A stretch of 64,000 nucleotides of DNA from an uncultured Acidimicrobiaceae bacterium (GTDB lineage Bacteria > Actinomycetota > Acidimicrobiia > Acidimicrobiales > Salinilacustritrichaceae): assembly GCA_963800295.1 (NCBI GenBank), contig CAWDAJ010000004.1, positions 60,953 to 124,952 of the forward strand. Reading direction: 5' to 3'. The notes beneath the pieces are model-generated. The model was not told the DNA's origin, made no database searches, and worked only from the letters and a program-made list of their open reading frames with translations. Shown here piece by piece: positions 22,410 to 31,900 of the stretch. A program made the translations under genes and the position numbers. The first letter of the stretch is position 1, and each line of letters starts with the position of its first letter.

Positions 22410-23102
22410 ATGGTCGTCGCCTCGTTCCACCTGGCCCGCTTGGCGACCGGAGGCGCCGGCCACCAGTTCCGGCGCATCCCGTTCGACCGCCGGGCGCTCC
22501 GGACGGTCCCCGGCCTGCGGTTCGGCCGCCTGCTGGGCACGGCCCGGGGGCAGGCCATGGCGCTGTCCGCCGACCTGCGCCGGTGGGCGCTGTTCGCCGT
22601 GTGGGAGGACGACGAGGCCCGCCGACGGTTCCTCGCCGATCACCCGCTCCCCCGCCGCTGGGACGACAACGGTGCCGAGCGCTTCGACGTGGTCCTCGAA
22701 CCCGCCGGCGCGCACGGCAGCTGGGACGGGGTCGACCCCATCGCCGGGGCCGTACCGGTCGACCTGTCCGGGGATCCGGTCGCCGTCATCACCCGGGCCA
22801 CCGTCCGCTGGCGGAAGGTCCCGACGTTCCTCCGAGCCGTGCCGCCGGTGGAGGGCACGCTCCACGGCGCCCCAGGGCTGCTCGCCGCCGTCGGGATCGG
22901 CGAGTTGCCGATCGGACGGCAGGCCACGTTCAGCCTGTGGTCCGACGCCGAGCAGATGGAGCGCTTCGCCTACCGCGACGACCGGCACGCCGGGGTCGTG
23001 CAACGCACCCGCGACGAAGGGTGGTACGGCGAGGAGTGGTTCGCCCGGTTCCGGCCCCGGGAGTGGTCGGGGACCTGGGACGGCGAACGTCCGCTCGGTT
23101 GA
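22410..23102 (+). CDS. Spheroidene monooxygenase (CrtA)-like protein
   Basis: 230 aa. The pattern MVVASFHLARL...GLRFGRLLGT...WALFAVWEDDEARRRF...GSWDGVDP...TFSLWSD...FAY...H...WYGEEWFARFRP matches my memory of the CrtA family layout. It lies next to the crt genes. Confidence 0.6.
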   Translation: MVVASFHLARLATGGAGHQFRRIPFDRRALRTVPGLRFGRLLGTARGQAMALSADLRRWALFAVWEDDEARRRFLADHPLPRRWDDNGAERFDVVLEPAGAHGSWDGVDPIAGAVPVDLSGDPVAVITRATVRWRKVPTFLRAVPPVEGTLHGAPGLLAAVGIGELPIGRQATFSLWSDAEQMERFAYRDDRHAGVVQRTRDEGWYGEEWFARFRPREWSGTWDGERPLG

Positions 23103-23109
23103 GCGCCCG

Positions 23110-23757
23110 TCAACCGGCGAACAGCTGCAAGGCGGTGGGCAGGTCGGCCTCGACCACGCCGGGTTGGGCGGCGACCTCGGCCAGCCACGGTGGGCGGTTC
23201 ACCGCCGCAACGGCGATGGCCGAGTCGAGGCCCGACAGGGCGCTGGCCTGCCAGGCGAAGGTCCGGGCGTAGTCCGGCGGGCGCACGTCCTGCGACAGTT
23301 CGACCAGCGCCACCGGATCGGGCGTGGTGCCGTCCTGGCCGGGCCGGTACAGGCTGGTGGTGCTCGGTGCCGGTCCGCCGCCGAGCAGCCCGGGTCCGTC
23401 GCAGATCACGGCGCCGCGCACCTGCTGGGGTCGGGCGCCGGCGATGAGCAGGGCGATGTAGCCACCCAGGCCGCGACCGGCGACGGTGACCTCGCCCAGC
23501 TCCTGCACGGCGGCATCGGCGTCGGCCATGAGGACCTCGCAGTAGTAGCCACCGCCGGCGGGCACCGACGAGGCGCCGTGCCCGGTGAAGTCGAGACCGT
23601 GGACGGGGCCCGGCCAGCCGGTCACGGTGTCGAGCAGCCAGGACGCCGACCGCTCACCCAACCCGTGGAGCAGCAGCAGCGGCCGGCCGGTGCCGCCCCG
23701 CAGCTCCCACAGCGCCAGGTCGACGCGGTTGTGACGCAGCATCGTCGGCCCGCTCAT
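23110..23757 (-). CDS. Alpha/beta hydrolase fold protein
   Basis: MSGPTML... LLLLHGLGERS, and a nucleophile-elbow-like GRGLGG. Its ATGA start overlaps the upstream hydrolase stop. The Arg-rich N-terminal part of the track ORF is rejected. Confidence 0.65.
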   Translation of the reverse strand: MSGPTMLRHNRVDLALWELRGGTGRPLLLLHGLGERSASWLLDTVTGWPGPVHGLDFTGHGASSVPAGGGYYCEVLMADADAAVQELGEVTVAGRGLGGYIALLIAGARPQQVRGAVICDGPGLLGGGPAPSTTSLYRPGQDGTTPDPVALVELSQDVRPPDYARTFAWQASALSGLDSAIAVAAVNRPPWLAEVAAQPGVVEADLPTALQLFAG

Positions 23758-24698
23758 CGCCGCACCACCGTCCGGTCGAGGTGCTCGAGCACCAAGGCGG
23801 CCACCTCGTGTGGCTTCTCGATGTGCACGAAGTGCCCGGCGCCTTCGACCTCGACCGCCCGGCCGCCCGGCGGCAGGTAGGGCTCGACGTCGGCGATCCG
23901 GGTGCCCGAACCCATCATCTCGGGTTCGGTGGCGAGCACGGCCAGGAACGGCGCCGACACGTCGAGCAGGCGCAACAGGGCCCACTCCGGCCGCCAGGGA
24001 CCGAAGCCACCCATGCGCAGACTGGGATCGATCTTCCAGCGCCAGCCGTCCTCGTCGCGCCGGCCGCCGACCGTCACCAGGTACTCGAGCCACGACCGCT
24101 CGAGCCGCGGGTTCATCCGTGCCCGCCGCGCCGCCAGCTCCTCGATGGTGCCGGGCTTGCGGACGTTGGTGGCCGTCCGGCGTCGGTGATCCAGCCAGTC
24201 GGCGAGGTCGGCCGCCAGCAGCTTGGTGCGGTCGTGGTCCTGCACGTCGGGCATGGAGCCCCGGCTGGGGATGCCGTCGATGTTCACCAGACTGGCGACG
24301 CAGTGGGGCATCGTCGCCGCCAGCGAGGTCATCAGCGAACCTCCCTTGGAGTGGCCCACCACCGGCAGCGGGTCGGAGGAGACCGACGCGAAGACGGCGG
24401 CGGCGTCGCGGGTGTCGGCCTCCCACTGGTACAGCGCCGTGCGATCGGAGTCACCGTGGCCGCGCTGGTCCCAGGCCACGACGCGCCACCCGGCATCGGC
24501 CAGCAGCGGCGCGAACACGTCGAACGTGCCGGCGAAGTCGAAGCCGCCGTGGGCCAGCATCACCGGCGGCGCCCCCTGGTCACCCCACTCGTAGACGGCC
24601 AACTCCACGCCGGACGCGTCGACGCGGTGCGTGCGATCGGGTCGACGCGCTCCCGGATAGGTGCGCTCGTCTCCCGCGTCGGTGCCCGTGCTGTTCAC
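23754..24698 (-). CDS. Alpha/beta hydrolase
   Basis: VMLAHGGFDFAGTFD, WDQRGHGDS, the nucleophile elbow VVGHSKGG, and the C-terminal GAGHFVHIEKP. Confidence 0.8.
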   Translation of the reverse strand: MNSTGTDAGDERTYPGARRPDRTHRVDASGVELAVYEWGDQGAPPVMLAHGGFDFAGTFDVFAPLLADAGWRVVAWDQRGHGDSDRTALYQWEADTRDAAAVFASVSSDPLPVVGHSKGGSLMTSLAATMPHCVASLVNIDGIPSRGSMPDVQDHDRTKLLAADLADWLDHRRRTATNVRKPGTIEELAARRARMNPRLERSWLEYLVTVGGRRDEDGWRWKIDPSLRMGGFGPWRPEWALLRLLDVSAPFLAVLATEPEMMGSGTRIADVEPYLPPGGRAVEVEGAGHFVHIEKPHEVAALVLEHLDRTVVRR

Positions 24699-24836
24699 GG
24701 CCCGACGATAGGCGGCCGCTCGGGAGCGGCACCGGTGTGGCGGATGTCATCTGGACATCCTGATGCGGAGATGGTGTTTTGGTCCGGAATGGACGGTACG
24801 CGCAGTTCTGTCCGCCAGCCGCACGAAGGGGTCTTC

Positions 24837-27230
24837 ATGCTGGGACGTCTCGCCCGCTTCACCGTCGAACGCCGGCGCCTCACCCTGGTCGCCGCGGTCA
24901 TCGTCTTCCTGGTCTCCGGAGCGCTCGGTGGCGACGTCGCCGCCCATCTGTCCACCGGCGGCTTCGAGGACCCGACCTCCGAGTCGTTCCAGGCCGATCA
25001 GGCGCTGCTCGACAGGTTCGGCGTCGGTGTGCCCAACGTGGTCCTGCTCGTGACCGCCGACGATCCCGGCACGGGCGACCAGCCGGCGGTGAACCGCCCC
25101 GACGTCGCCGATGCCGGCTCGGCGCTGACCGCTCGCCTCGCCGCCGAACCGGGGGTCACCGACGTGGCGTCGTACTGGTCGCTCGGTCAGCTGCCCCCAC
25201 TGCGCAACGACGACGGCACCCGCGCCCTGGTCCTGGCTCGCCTCACCGGCAGCGAGGACGAGGTCGACGCCCGCATCGACGAGCTCGTCGCCGAGTACGA
25301 GGGCGACCACGGGGTCGTCGACGTGCAGTTCAGCGGCTTCGCCCACATCTTCAGCCAGGTCAGCGACACCATCGAGCACGACCTGGTCCGGGCCGAGCTC
25401 ATCGCCATCCCCATCACCTTGATCCTGCTGCTGTTCATCTTCCGCAGCGTGGTCGCCGCCGCACTCCCCCTGGCCATCGGCGCCCTCTCGGTGGTGTCGA
25501 CCTTCCTGGTCCTGCGGATACTGGCCTCGTTCACCGACGTGTCGGTGTTCGCCCTGAACCTGGTGACCGCCATGGGCCTGGGTCTGGCCATCGACTACGC
25601 GCTGTTCGTCGTCAACCGCTACCGCGAGGAGCTGGCCGGCGGGCACGACCACGACCAGGCCGTCGCCCGGACGGTCCGCACCGCGGGCCGGACCGTGGCG
25701 TTCTCCGCCGGCACCGTCGCCGCCTCGCTGCTGGCCCTGCTCGTGTTCCCGATCGGCTTCCTGAAGTCGTTCGCCTACGCCGGTGTGGCGGTCGCCGCCC
25801 TGGCCGGTCTGTTCTCGGTCACCGTGCTGCCGGCGCTGATGGCCGCGCTCGGCCCACGCATCGATGCGCTCGCCATCCGGAACACGCGGTCCAGCAAGCC
25901 GGTGGAGGCGGGCGCCTGGTACCGCGTCGCCCGAGGCGTCATGCGCCGACCGATCCCCATCGCCACCGTCGTCGTGATCGTGCTCCTGTTCCTCGGCACC
26001 CCGTTCCGGCACATCGAGCTCGGCCTTCCCGACGACCGGGTCCTGCCACCCGACGCCGACGCCCGGGTCGCCACCGACGTCATCCGCGACGAGTTCAGCT
26101 CCAACGAGGCCGGCGCCGCCTCGGTCGTCGCCACCGACATCGGCGACCCCACCTCACCGCAACTCGCCGCCGCCATCGATGACTACGCCCGCCGGCTGTC
26201 CCTGCTCCCGGACGTCGCCCGCGTCGACTCGTCGGCCGGCGTGTACGCCGACGGCGCCGAGGTGATCGACAGCATCCCGTTCCTCGTCGACCGCTTCGCC
26301 CGACCCCACGCCACCTACCTGTCCGTCGTGCCCGACGTGGAACCGAACTCGCTCGAGGGCGAGGCGTTCGTCAACGGCGTGCGCGCCGAGCCCGCCCCGT
26401 TCGACGTGCAGGTCACCGGGACCTCGGCCCAGCTCGCCGACTCGAAGTCGGCGCTGCTCGACGCCATGCCGCTCGCCCTGGCGATCATCGCCGCCATCAC
26501 CTTCGTGCTGCTCTTCCTGCTGTTCGGCTCGGTCGTCGTGCCGCTCAAGGCGCTCGTGCTGAACGTGCTCAGCCTGTCGGCGACCTTCGGCGCCATCGTC
26601 TACGTGTTCCAGGAGGGCCACTTCTCCGGGCCCCTCGGCTTCACCGCCGTGGGCAGCACCGATGCCACGGCGCCCATCCTCATGTTCTGCACGGCGTTCG
26701 GCCTGTCGATGGACTACGAGGTCTTCCTGCTGTCGCGGATCAAGGAGGAGTACGACCGCACCGGCGACAACCGGCAGGCCGTCGCCGTCGGGCTCGAGAA
26801 GACCGGGCGCATCGTCACCGCCGCCGCCGTGCTCATCTCCGTCGTCTTCTTGTCCTTCGGCACCAGCGACGTCCGGTTCATCAAGCTGTTCGGCCTCGGC
26901 TTGGCCCTGGCCGTCGTCGTCGACGCCTTCGTCATCCGGGGCACGCTGGTGCCGGCGTTCATGCGCCTGGCCGACAAGGCGAACTGGTGGGCCCCCGCAC
27001 CGCTGCGTCGCCTCCACGACCGGATCGGCATCAGCGAGCACGCCATCCTCGACGACGAATCCGGCCACCGCACCGTCGCCGACCCCGTGCTGGTCGAACC
27101 GGGCGACGGTGACTCCGCTCGTGGCGACGGGGCCGAGCGCCCGGCGGCGCCGCGCCGCCGGCGCGACCGGCCTCTCGTCGCCGCCGGCCGGCAGCCACCG
27201 CCGAGCCGCTCGTCCGACCCCGCCAACTGA
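24837..27230 (+). CDS. MMPL family (RND superfamily) transporter
   Basis: 797 aa. Two 6-TM bundles each follow a soluble loop (two-fold RND repeat), with LAIDYALFVVNRYREE and GLSMDYEVFLLSRIKEEY. It has an Arg/Pro-rich C-terminal tail. Confidence 0.88.
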   Translation: MLGRLARFTVERRRLTLVAAVIVFLVSGALGGDVAAHLSTGGFEDPTSESFQADQALLDRFGVGVPNVVLLVTADDPGTGDQPAVNRPDVADAGSALTARLAAEPGVTDVASYWSLGQLPPLRNDDGTRALVLARLTGSEDEVDARIDELVAEYEGDHGVVDVQFSGFAHIFSQVSDTIEHDLVRAELIAIPITLILLLFIFRSVVAAALPLAIGALSVVSTFLVLRILASFTDVSVFALNLVTAMGLGLAIDYALFVVNRYREELAGGHDHDQAVARTVRTAGRTVAFSAGTVAASLLALLVFPIGFLKSFAYAGVAVAALAGLFSVTVLPALMAALGPRIDALAIRNTRSSKPVEAGAWYRVARGVMRRPIPIATVVVIVLLFLGTPFRHIELGLPDDRVLPPDADARVATDVIRDEFSSNEAGAASVVATDIGDPTSPQLAAAIDDYARRLSLLPDVARVDSSAGVYADGAEVIDSIPFLVDRFARPHATYLSVVPDVEPNSLEGEAFVNGVRAEPAPFDVQVTGTSAQLADSKSALLDAMPLALAIIAAITFVLLFLLFGSVVVPLKALVLNVLSLSATFGAIVYVFQEGHFSGPLGFTAVGSTDATAPILMFCTAFGLSMDYEVFLLSRIKEEYDRTGDNRQAVAVGLEKTGRIVTAAAVLISVVFLSFGTSDVRFIKLFGLGLALAVVVDAFVIRGTLVPAFMRLADKANWWAPAPLRRLHDRIGISEHAILDDESGHRTVADPVLVEPGDGDSARGDGAERPAAPRRRRDRPLVAAGRQPPPSRSSDPAN

Positions 27231-27278
27231 CCACGGGCAACCGCAGACGGCGGCGGGACGCGGGATAGCCTCCCGCCG

Positions 27279-28625
27279 ATGGCCGCCGACGCCGCCGCCG
27301 GGGCGGCTCCCGACACCGCACGCCCGCGCTTCGGGCGGGGCGGAGACCACCACCACCTGCTCGCCGGCTCGGCGGCGCTCGTGGTGGGTGCTGCCGTGCA
27401 GGCGGTCACCGGCGCCGTCTTCTGGCTGGTCGCCGCCCGCATCGACACCACCGACGACGTGGGCCGGGCCACCGCCCTGTTCACGTCCATCCTCTTCATC
27501 GCCTACCTGGCCGGACTCGGCCTGCAGGTGTCGCTCGCCCGGTACGCGCCGGGACGAGACCACGACTCCCACGCCGTCTTCGCCTGGGGCGTGGTCGGTA
27601 CCTGCGTCTCGGCCACGCTCGTCGCCGCCGGCTACCTGCTGCTCGTCGACACCGAGGCCACCAGGGCCCTCACCCACTGGCATCCCATCGGGGGCCCGCT
27701 GCTGTTCACTGCCGCGGCGGTCGGTGCGGCACTGACCCTGATCGTCGATGTCCGGTGGATGACCGTGCGTCGCTGGCGCCTGGTGCTCACCCGCATCGTC
27801 ATCGTCGGTCTGGCCCGGTTCCCGCTGCTGCTCATCCCGGCCGGCGACAGCCAGACCGTGCACCTGTTCGCCGTCGCCGCCCTGCCGCTGATCGTGACGG
27901 GAGTCGGCGGGGTGCTGCTGATGCCGCGCATCAGCGGCGACCGGCACCGACTGTTCCCCCTGCCGTCGACGCGCTGGGCGGCGCTGCGCTACTCGGCCGT
28001 CAACTACGTCTCGACCCTGGCCTACCAGGCGCCGCAGTTCGTCCTGCCGGTCATCGTCCTGCTCAACGTCGACCCCGACCGCAACGCGGCGTTCTACGTG
28101 GCGTGGGGCATCACCAGCATCGCCTTCTACGTACCCATGGCCATCGGGCAGGCGCTGCTGGCCGAGGGCGGCAAGGACGGGGCGTCACTGCGCAGCCAGG
28201 TGCGCGTCGCCCTGCTGGGCACCACCGCGCTCATGGCCATCGCTGCGGTCGCGTCGGCCGTCGGCCGCGACCTGGTGACCACGGTGTACGGCACCGACTA
28301 CGCCGACGCCGCCCGCATCCTGCCCCTGCTGGTGGCGGCGGGCGTGCCGTGGGCGGTGACCTCGGTGTTCCTCACCGAGGCTCGCGTGCTGCACCGGCAC
28401 CTGTTCACCGTGGTGATCACCGGCGCCCTGACGTTGGCCATCCTGGTGCCGGCCGCCACCTTCGTCCCCGACGACGGACTCGACGGCGCCACGCGATCGT
28501 TCCTGGTCGGCAACGTCGTCGCCGCCGTCGTCGCGTGCGGATGTCACCTGGCCATGCGGCGCCGGCACACCCGCGCGGTCCCAGGGGTGGACCCGGTCAC
28601 CGAGGACCTGGCCCTGCACCCCTGA
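27279..28625 (+). CDS. Polysaccharide/lipid-linked oligosaccharide flippase-like membrane protein (MOP/Wzx-type)
   Basis: 448 aa with about 12-14 TM helices and a layout like polysaccharide biosynthesis (Wzx) proteins. No catalytic motifs. Confidence 0.55.
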   Translation: MAADAAAGAAPDTARPRFGRGGDHHHLLAGSAALVVGAAVQAVTGAVFWLVAARIDTTDDVGRATALFTSILFIAYLAGLGLQVSLARYAPGRDHDSHAVFAWGVVGTCVSATLVAAGYLLLVDTEATRALTHWHPIGGPLLFTAAAVGAALTLIVDVRWMTVRRWRLVLTRIVIVGLARFPLLLIPAGDSQTVHLFAVAALPLIVTGVGGVLLMPRISGDRHRLFPLPSTRWAALRYSAVNYVSTLAYQAPQFVLPVIVLLNVDPDRNAAFYVAWGITSIAFYVPMAIGQALLAEGGKDGASLRSQVRVALLGTTALMAIAAVASAVGRDLVTTVYGTDYADAARILPLLVAAGVPWAVTSVFLTEARVLHRHLFTVVITGALTLAILVPAATFVPDDGLDGATRSFLVGNVVAAVVACGCHLAMRRRHTRAVPGVDPVTEDLALHP

Positions 28626-28641
28626 GGCGGCGGTCGATGGC

Positions 28642-28899
28642 TCAGCCCTCGCCGGTCGAACCCTCCTCGGCGCCCTCGTCGACCTGCTGCTGGATCTCGT
28701 CGGTGCCCTGGTCGACCTCGTCCTGCAGGTCTTCGGTGCCCTGATCGACCTGGTTCTCGACGTCCTGCACGTCGTCCTGCAGGTTGACGCCGTCGTCGTC
28801 GTCGTCGGAGCACGCGGGGACCGCGACGACCAGGGCGCTGGCGAGCACGCCGGCGGCGATGCGACGCGACATCGGGCGAGAAGCGGTGCGGATGGACAT
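28642..28899 (-). CDS. Small highly acidic lipoprotein with internal repeats
   Basis: Signal peptide plus lipobox (LVVAVPAC), followed by SDDDDDGVNLQDDVQDVENQVDQGTEDLQDEVDQGTDEIQQQVDEGAEEG. Confidence 0.6.
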   Translation of the reverse strand: MSIRTASRPMSRRIAAGVLASALVVAVPACSDDDDDGVNLQDDVQDVENQVDQGTEDLQDEVDQGTDEIQQQVDEGAEEGSTGEG

Positions 28900-28982
28900 G
28901 GCTCTGGGACCTCCATGTGGTTCGGCTGGTTCGTGGGGCAGTACCCAGCCGAGCCGGACCGCAGACCGGCCGTCAGCGTCGC

Positions 28983-31900
28983 TCAGTCAGCGGCCAGCCG
29001 GAGGGTCACGAGCTGGAAGGGCCGCAGCTCCCAGTCGACGCCACCGTCCACGACGTCGAACGCGTCGCCGACCGGTTGCTCGAGCAGGTCGCACGGCGTG
29101 GCTCGTGCCCACTCGCCGGCGACGGTCAACCGGAACCGGGCCCGTCCGCCGAAGGCCTCGTGGCATCGGACCACCAGGTCACCGGAGCCGTCGTCGGCCG
29201 TCTTGAGGGCCGTCACCACGACACCGGGGTGGTCGACGGAGACCAGCGACGGAGCGGGCGCCGCGTCGACGAACCGGACCGGGAGGTTCAGCGCCCACGA
29301 CTCCGACAGCACGCCGGCGAGCGACGGGCCGTGCGGGAGCAGCGAGTACGTGAAGCGGTGGTGGCCACGATCGGCATCGGGGTCGGGGTAGTTCGGTGCC
29401 CGCAACAGGCTGAGCCGCAGGGTCGTGCCGCGGTCGTCGCCCAGGCAGTCGTGGCCGTACTTGCCGTCGTTCAGCAGGGCGACGCCGAAGTCGGGTTCGG
29501 ACACGTCGGCCCAGAAGTGGCCGCACACCTCGAAGCGGGCGGCATCCCAGGAGGTGTTGCGGTGCGTGGGCCGGCGCACGTGGCCGTACTGCACCTCGAA
29601 CCGCGCATCGTCGGCTCGCACGTCGAGGGGGAACGCCGCCTTCAGCAGCTTCTCGTCCTCGTGCCAGTCGATCTCGGTGACGACGTCCAGTCGCGCGCTG
29701 GCCGCCCGGAGCACGTAGGTCTGCTCGACGCGGGAGTCGCCGAAGCTCCGCCGCACGCGGACCCCTGCTCGGAGCGGGCCCTGCTCGACGGCGGTGATCT
29801 CGTCGACGTCGTCGAGCTCGACCGGGTCGAGCCGGAGGGTGTGCTGGTCGAGGTCCCAGGCGTCGTAGGTGTTGGGCGTGTCGGGGAACAGCTGGAGGAC
29901 GTTGGCCCGACCCAGTAGACACTCGCGCGCCGCGTGCAGATCGACGAGCGACACGATGGTGCCGTCGGCACCGATGGTGGCGCGCACCAGGTCGTTCTCG
30001 AGGACGAAGGCGCCGCCTGCTTCGGCAACGGTCACGGGGGTGACGCCGGCCGGCGGGTCGGCGGCGACGGTGCCGACACCGTGCGCCGGCGCCTCGACCC
30101 ACACCGGCTCACCCTGGCGGTCGGCCACGCCGACCACGTCGAAGGGGCCGGCGTTGGCCGCCCCGGCGCCCGCCCCTGACCCGTTCCGGGGTACGAGATC
30201 TGTTCCAGACGACGAACCCGGTATCCCAGAATCGCCGCCCATCCCGTTCTGGGGTACGAGGTCTGTTCCAGACGACAGATCCGGTGTCCCGGAACGGGAG
30301 GCGTGGTCGGCGAGCGCAGCGGTGATGGCCGCCTCGGCCTCGCCGAGCAGGGCGCCATGGGCGGCTTCGGTGTCGTCGTGGACCCAGGCGATGGACGACC
30401 CCGGGATGATGTCGTGGAACTGGTGCAGCAGCAGAACCTTCCAGAGCCGCTCGAGCGTCTCCAGCGCCTCGGCGCGCGCCTCGCCGGCGACCGTGGCCGT
30501 CCACACCTCGAGCTCGCGCAGCGCCAGCTCGCCCCGCCGGTTCCCCCACTTGGTGCGGGCCTGCGACGTGTACGTGCCACGGTGCATCTCGAAGTACAGC
30601 TCGCCCCGCCACACGGGGGCGTCGGCGTACTCGGCACGGGCGGCGTCGAAGAACACGTCGGGCGACTCGATGGCGAACCGCGGGAGACCGTCGAGACCCT
30701 GTCCGTCGGCACCTCCGATGCGGCGAGCCCGCTCGAGCATCTCGCGCGTGGGGCCGCCGCCACCGTCGCCGTGACCGAACAGGTACGCCGACCGCGTGGA
30801 GTCGCCCTTGTCGCGGAAGTTCCGGACGGCGTAGGCCAGCTCGGACGGGAGGACCTCGCCGTTGTAGGTGTCGGCGGGCGGGAAGTGGGTGAAGATGCGG
30901 GTGCCGTCGATGCCCTCCCACCAGAACGTGTGGTGCGGGAACGGGTTGGTCTGGTTCCACGACAGCTTCTGGGTCAGGAAGTACTCGCAGCCCGCCTCGG
31001 CCATGATCTGGGGCAGGTTGCCGGCGTAGCCGAAGACGTCGGGGATCCAGACGATGCGGTTGCCCGGCAGGGTGTTTCCGGAACCGGTGCCCGCACCGAA
31101 GTGGTCGTCGAACCAGCGCCGCCCCCACACGAACTGGCGGGCCAGCGACTCGCCCGAGGGCAGGTTGGCGTCGGCCTCGACCCACATCGAACCGACCGGC
31201 ACGAACTGCCCGTCGGCGACCTTGGCACGGATGCGCTCGAAGAGCTCGGGGTGGTCGTGTTCGATCCAGTCGTACTGGGCGGCCTGCGAGCACACGAACC
31301 GGTACTCGGGGTACTGCTCCATGAGCGTGACCGCGGACGAGAAGGTGCGGGCACACTTCCGGCGCGTCTCGCGCAACGGCCACAACCACGCCGAGTCGAT
31401 GTGGGCGTGACCGGCGGCCGAGATCCGGTGCGCCGAGTCCGAGGCGTGCCGAGCCAGCAGCGGGACGAGCAGCTGACGCACAAGCGCAGCCGTGCCGGGG
31501 ACGTCGTGGGGATCGAGCGCGTCGACGGCCCGGTCGAGCCCAGACAGCAGCTCGTGGCGACGCGGGTCGTCGAGGGCCAGCTCGCGCATGGTTCCGGTGA
31601 GCACCTGCAGGTCGAGGTCGAGGTGCCAGACGTCGTCGTTGCGCACCGCGAGGTCGGCCCGGTTGAGGCGGTACTGCGGCTGGTCCCCGGCGGTGGCCGG
31701 ATCGCCCAGCGGGGTGGGGCGGTAGCTGGCGGCGACCATCGGGTTGGCCGCCGCTTCGAGCAGCACGTCGATGCAGCCGTCGTCGTCGGCAACCAGCTCG
31801 ACCGGTACCGCCTGGTGCCGTGGGTGGATGCCGCGGATCGGCCCGCCGCCCTGCGTGCGGTACAGGAGTCCCTCGGACTGGAACCCGGGGCCCGGCCCCG

